Positions 63,927 to 64,000 of a stretch of 64,000 nucleotides of DNA are shown here, piece after piece. The DNA comes from Candidatus Omnitrophota bacterium (lineage in GTDB: Bacteria > Ratteibacteria > UBA8468 > B48-G9 > DTJG01): positions 536 to 64,535 of the forward strand of contig JAMDAS010000002.1 of NCBI GenBank assembly GCA_023484085.1, in the 5' to 3' direction. The notes beneath the pieces were generated by a model. The model did not search any database. It saw only the letters and a program-made list of their open reading frames with translations, and was not told where the DNA came from. How positions within the stretch are numbered: the first letter of the stretch is position 1; each line of letters begins with the position of its first letter. A program made the translations under genes and the position numbers.

Positions 63927-64000
63927 ATGGATTCCAAAAGAGATTATTATGAAATTCTTGGTGTATCAAAAAATGCCTCCAGTGATGAACTGAAAAAGGC
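63927..64000 (+). CDS. dnaJ: Chaperone DnaJ, N-terminal J-domain fragment (runs off the window)
   Basis: MDSKRDYYEILGVSKNASSDELKK, the canonical J-domain start. Confidence 0.85.
   Translation, partial: MDSKRDYYEILGVSKNASSDELKK

Overview
AT-rich chromosomal segment from what looks like an uncultivated diderm bacterium (Lgt, a secretin and a beta-barrel OMP ending in F are present). No rRNA genes, CRISPR array, transposase or integrase are visible. Most of the window is housekeeping: htpX, mnmE, an EF-G paralogue, yebC-ruvC, lepB, hup, tilS, mltG, rseP, lgt, queE-queC, dciA-dnaN-dnaA-secA, rsmA, hypF, ahcY, tig-clpP-lon, purF, carA-carB(N half)-guaA, efp-accB-accC, aroD, ispD, argJ and the dnaJ start. 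There are five tRNAs: Asp-GTC, CAT (Met or Ile2), Leu-CAA, Phe-GAA and Ser-GCT. Five things stand out. (1) A translationally coupled 7-gene operon (22.4-30.1 kb) combines F-type T4SS core homologues (TraB/VirB10, TraV lipoprotein, TraC/VirB4 ATPase) with a genuine secretin, a GspL/PilO-like bitopic protein and ComF. It has no relaxase, coupling protein or pilin and sits beside dciA-dnaN-dnaA. This is my best candidate for an undescribed envelope or DNA-uptake machine. (2) Two families of ~110-135 nt structured modules sit directly 3' of tRNA-Asp, tRNA-Leu (and the converging tRNA-CAT) and tRNA-Ser. Each module ends in a copy of the last 16-19 nt of the neighbouring tRNA, starts with a segment complementary to that end, and has a conserved core with compensatory stem changes. 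The tRNA-Asp and tRNA-Ser loci are flanked by R-M modules, and the tRNA-Ser locus also by a toxin-antitoxin module. (3) A ~133-157 bp long-palindrome repeat occurs three times in one orientation, always just after a gene end. (4) SecA carries a ~360-aa K/E-rich segment where the E. coli protein has a short linker. (5) A solitary type I-C-like CRISPR repeat lies in the leader of an acyl-CoA ligase gene. Gene starts were adjusted from the ORF track where an RBS or family N-terminus supported a later start. All homology calls come from motif recognition by eye, not from searches.
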